A DNA stretch of 64,000 bases from a virus (taxonomy: Duplodnaviria; Caudoviricetes). A program made the position numbers and the translations under genes. Of the stretch, positions 63,670-64,000 are shown piece after piece (positions within the stretch are counted from its first letter, which is position 1; each line of letters begins with the position of its first letter). The notes beneath the pieces are model-generated. The model made no database searches, was not told the origin of the DNA, and saw only the letters and a list, made by a program, of their open reading frames with translations. The stretch lies in IMG/VR virus record IMGVR_UViG_3300038335_000014, positions 32,001 through 96,000 of that record. The stretch is one strand, 5' to 3'.

Positions 63670-64000
63670 TTTAAACACTGAAGATCAGGAAGAATGGCTT
63701 ACGCCATTGTCATTGATTCAAGCACTTGGTAAATTCGATTTAGACCCATGTGCTCCCCCACCATCAAGACGATTGTGGGATACAGCCAAGAAGCATTATT
63801 CAAAAGAAGAACATGGTGATGGTTTGTCTTTACCGTGGCCGCAATTTGATCGAGTATGGTTAAACCCACCATACGGGAAAGAAACATGGAAATGGTTGAA
63901 TAAACTTGCTTTACACAAATATGGCATCGCGTTGGTTTTTGCCAGAACTGAAACTGTTGGTTTTCATGAAGAAGTTTGGAACAAAGCAAACGGTATTTTC
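63653..64000 (+). CDS. phage Dam-like N6-adenine methyltransferase (truncated by window edge; not in track)
   Basis: MTKNF...EEWLTP...FDLDPCA...DGL..PW...VWLNPPYG...ALVFARTET. Confidence 0.85.
   Translation, partial: MTKNFNLNTEDQEEWLTPLSLIQALGKFDLDPCAPPPSRRLWDTAKKHYSKEEHGDGLSLPWPQFDRVWLNPPYGKETWKWLNKLALHKYGIALVFARTETVGFHEEVWNKANGIF

Noticed and set aside
63699-63989. 96-aa minus-strand ORF
   Set aside because: Antisense to the Dam-like MTase, which has clear NPPY and DLDP motifs.

Overview
A 64-kb segment of a large, AT-rich dsDNA tailed phage genome. Plus strand 0.26-12.7 kb: small early genes, a CCA/HD tRNA nucleotidyltransferase, a solo TnpB, a ParB-like protein, primase and two paralogous DNA methyltransferases, one broken by an 8-nt insertion. 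Minus strand 12.8-53.7 kb: a complete morphogenesis and lysis arm. It contains TerL with a mini-intein, a T4 gp20/gp21/gp23-like portal, protease and capsid, a head morphogenesis protein with a DUF559-endonuclease intein, a tail tube without a sheath, a -1 frameshifted tail chaperone, a 2493-aa tape measure, a 1957-aa tip/fibre with a very Cys-rich distal half, a collagen-like fibre, lysozyme, amidase, holin and a fully overlapping spanin-like gene pair. Plus strand 53.8-64 kb: nucleotide metabolism (DUF5664-like, ThyX, HD, NrdD/NrdG, dUTPase), rIIA/rIIB-like genes, a macrodomain and a Dam-like MTase. The best candidate novel system is a set of sugar-modifying enzymes embedded among virion genes (three GT9-like glycosyltransferases, a SAM methyltransferase, a polysaccharide pyruvyl-transferase-like protein) together with a tail fibre in which about 65 Cys occupy repeat positions usually held by Ser/Thr/Asn, suggesting virion glycosylation, possibly S-linked. 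Several promoter-to-terminator mini-units look like phage sRNAs. All calls come from reading motifs by eye; no database search was run.
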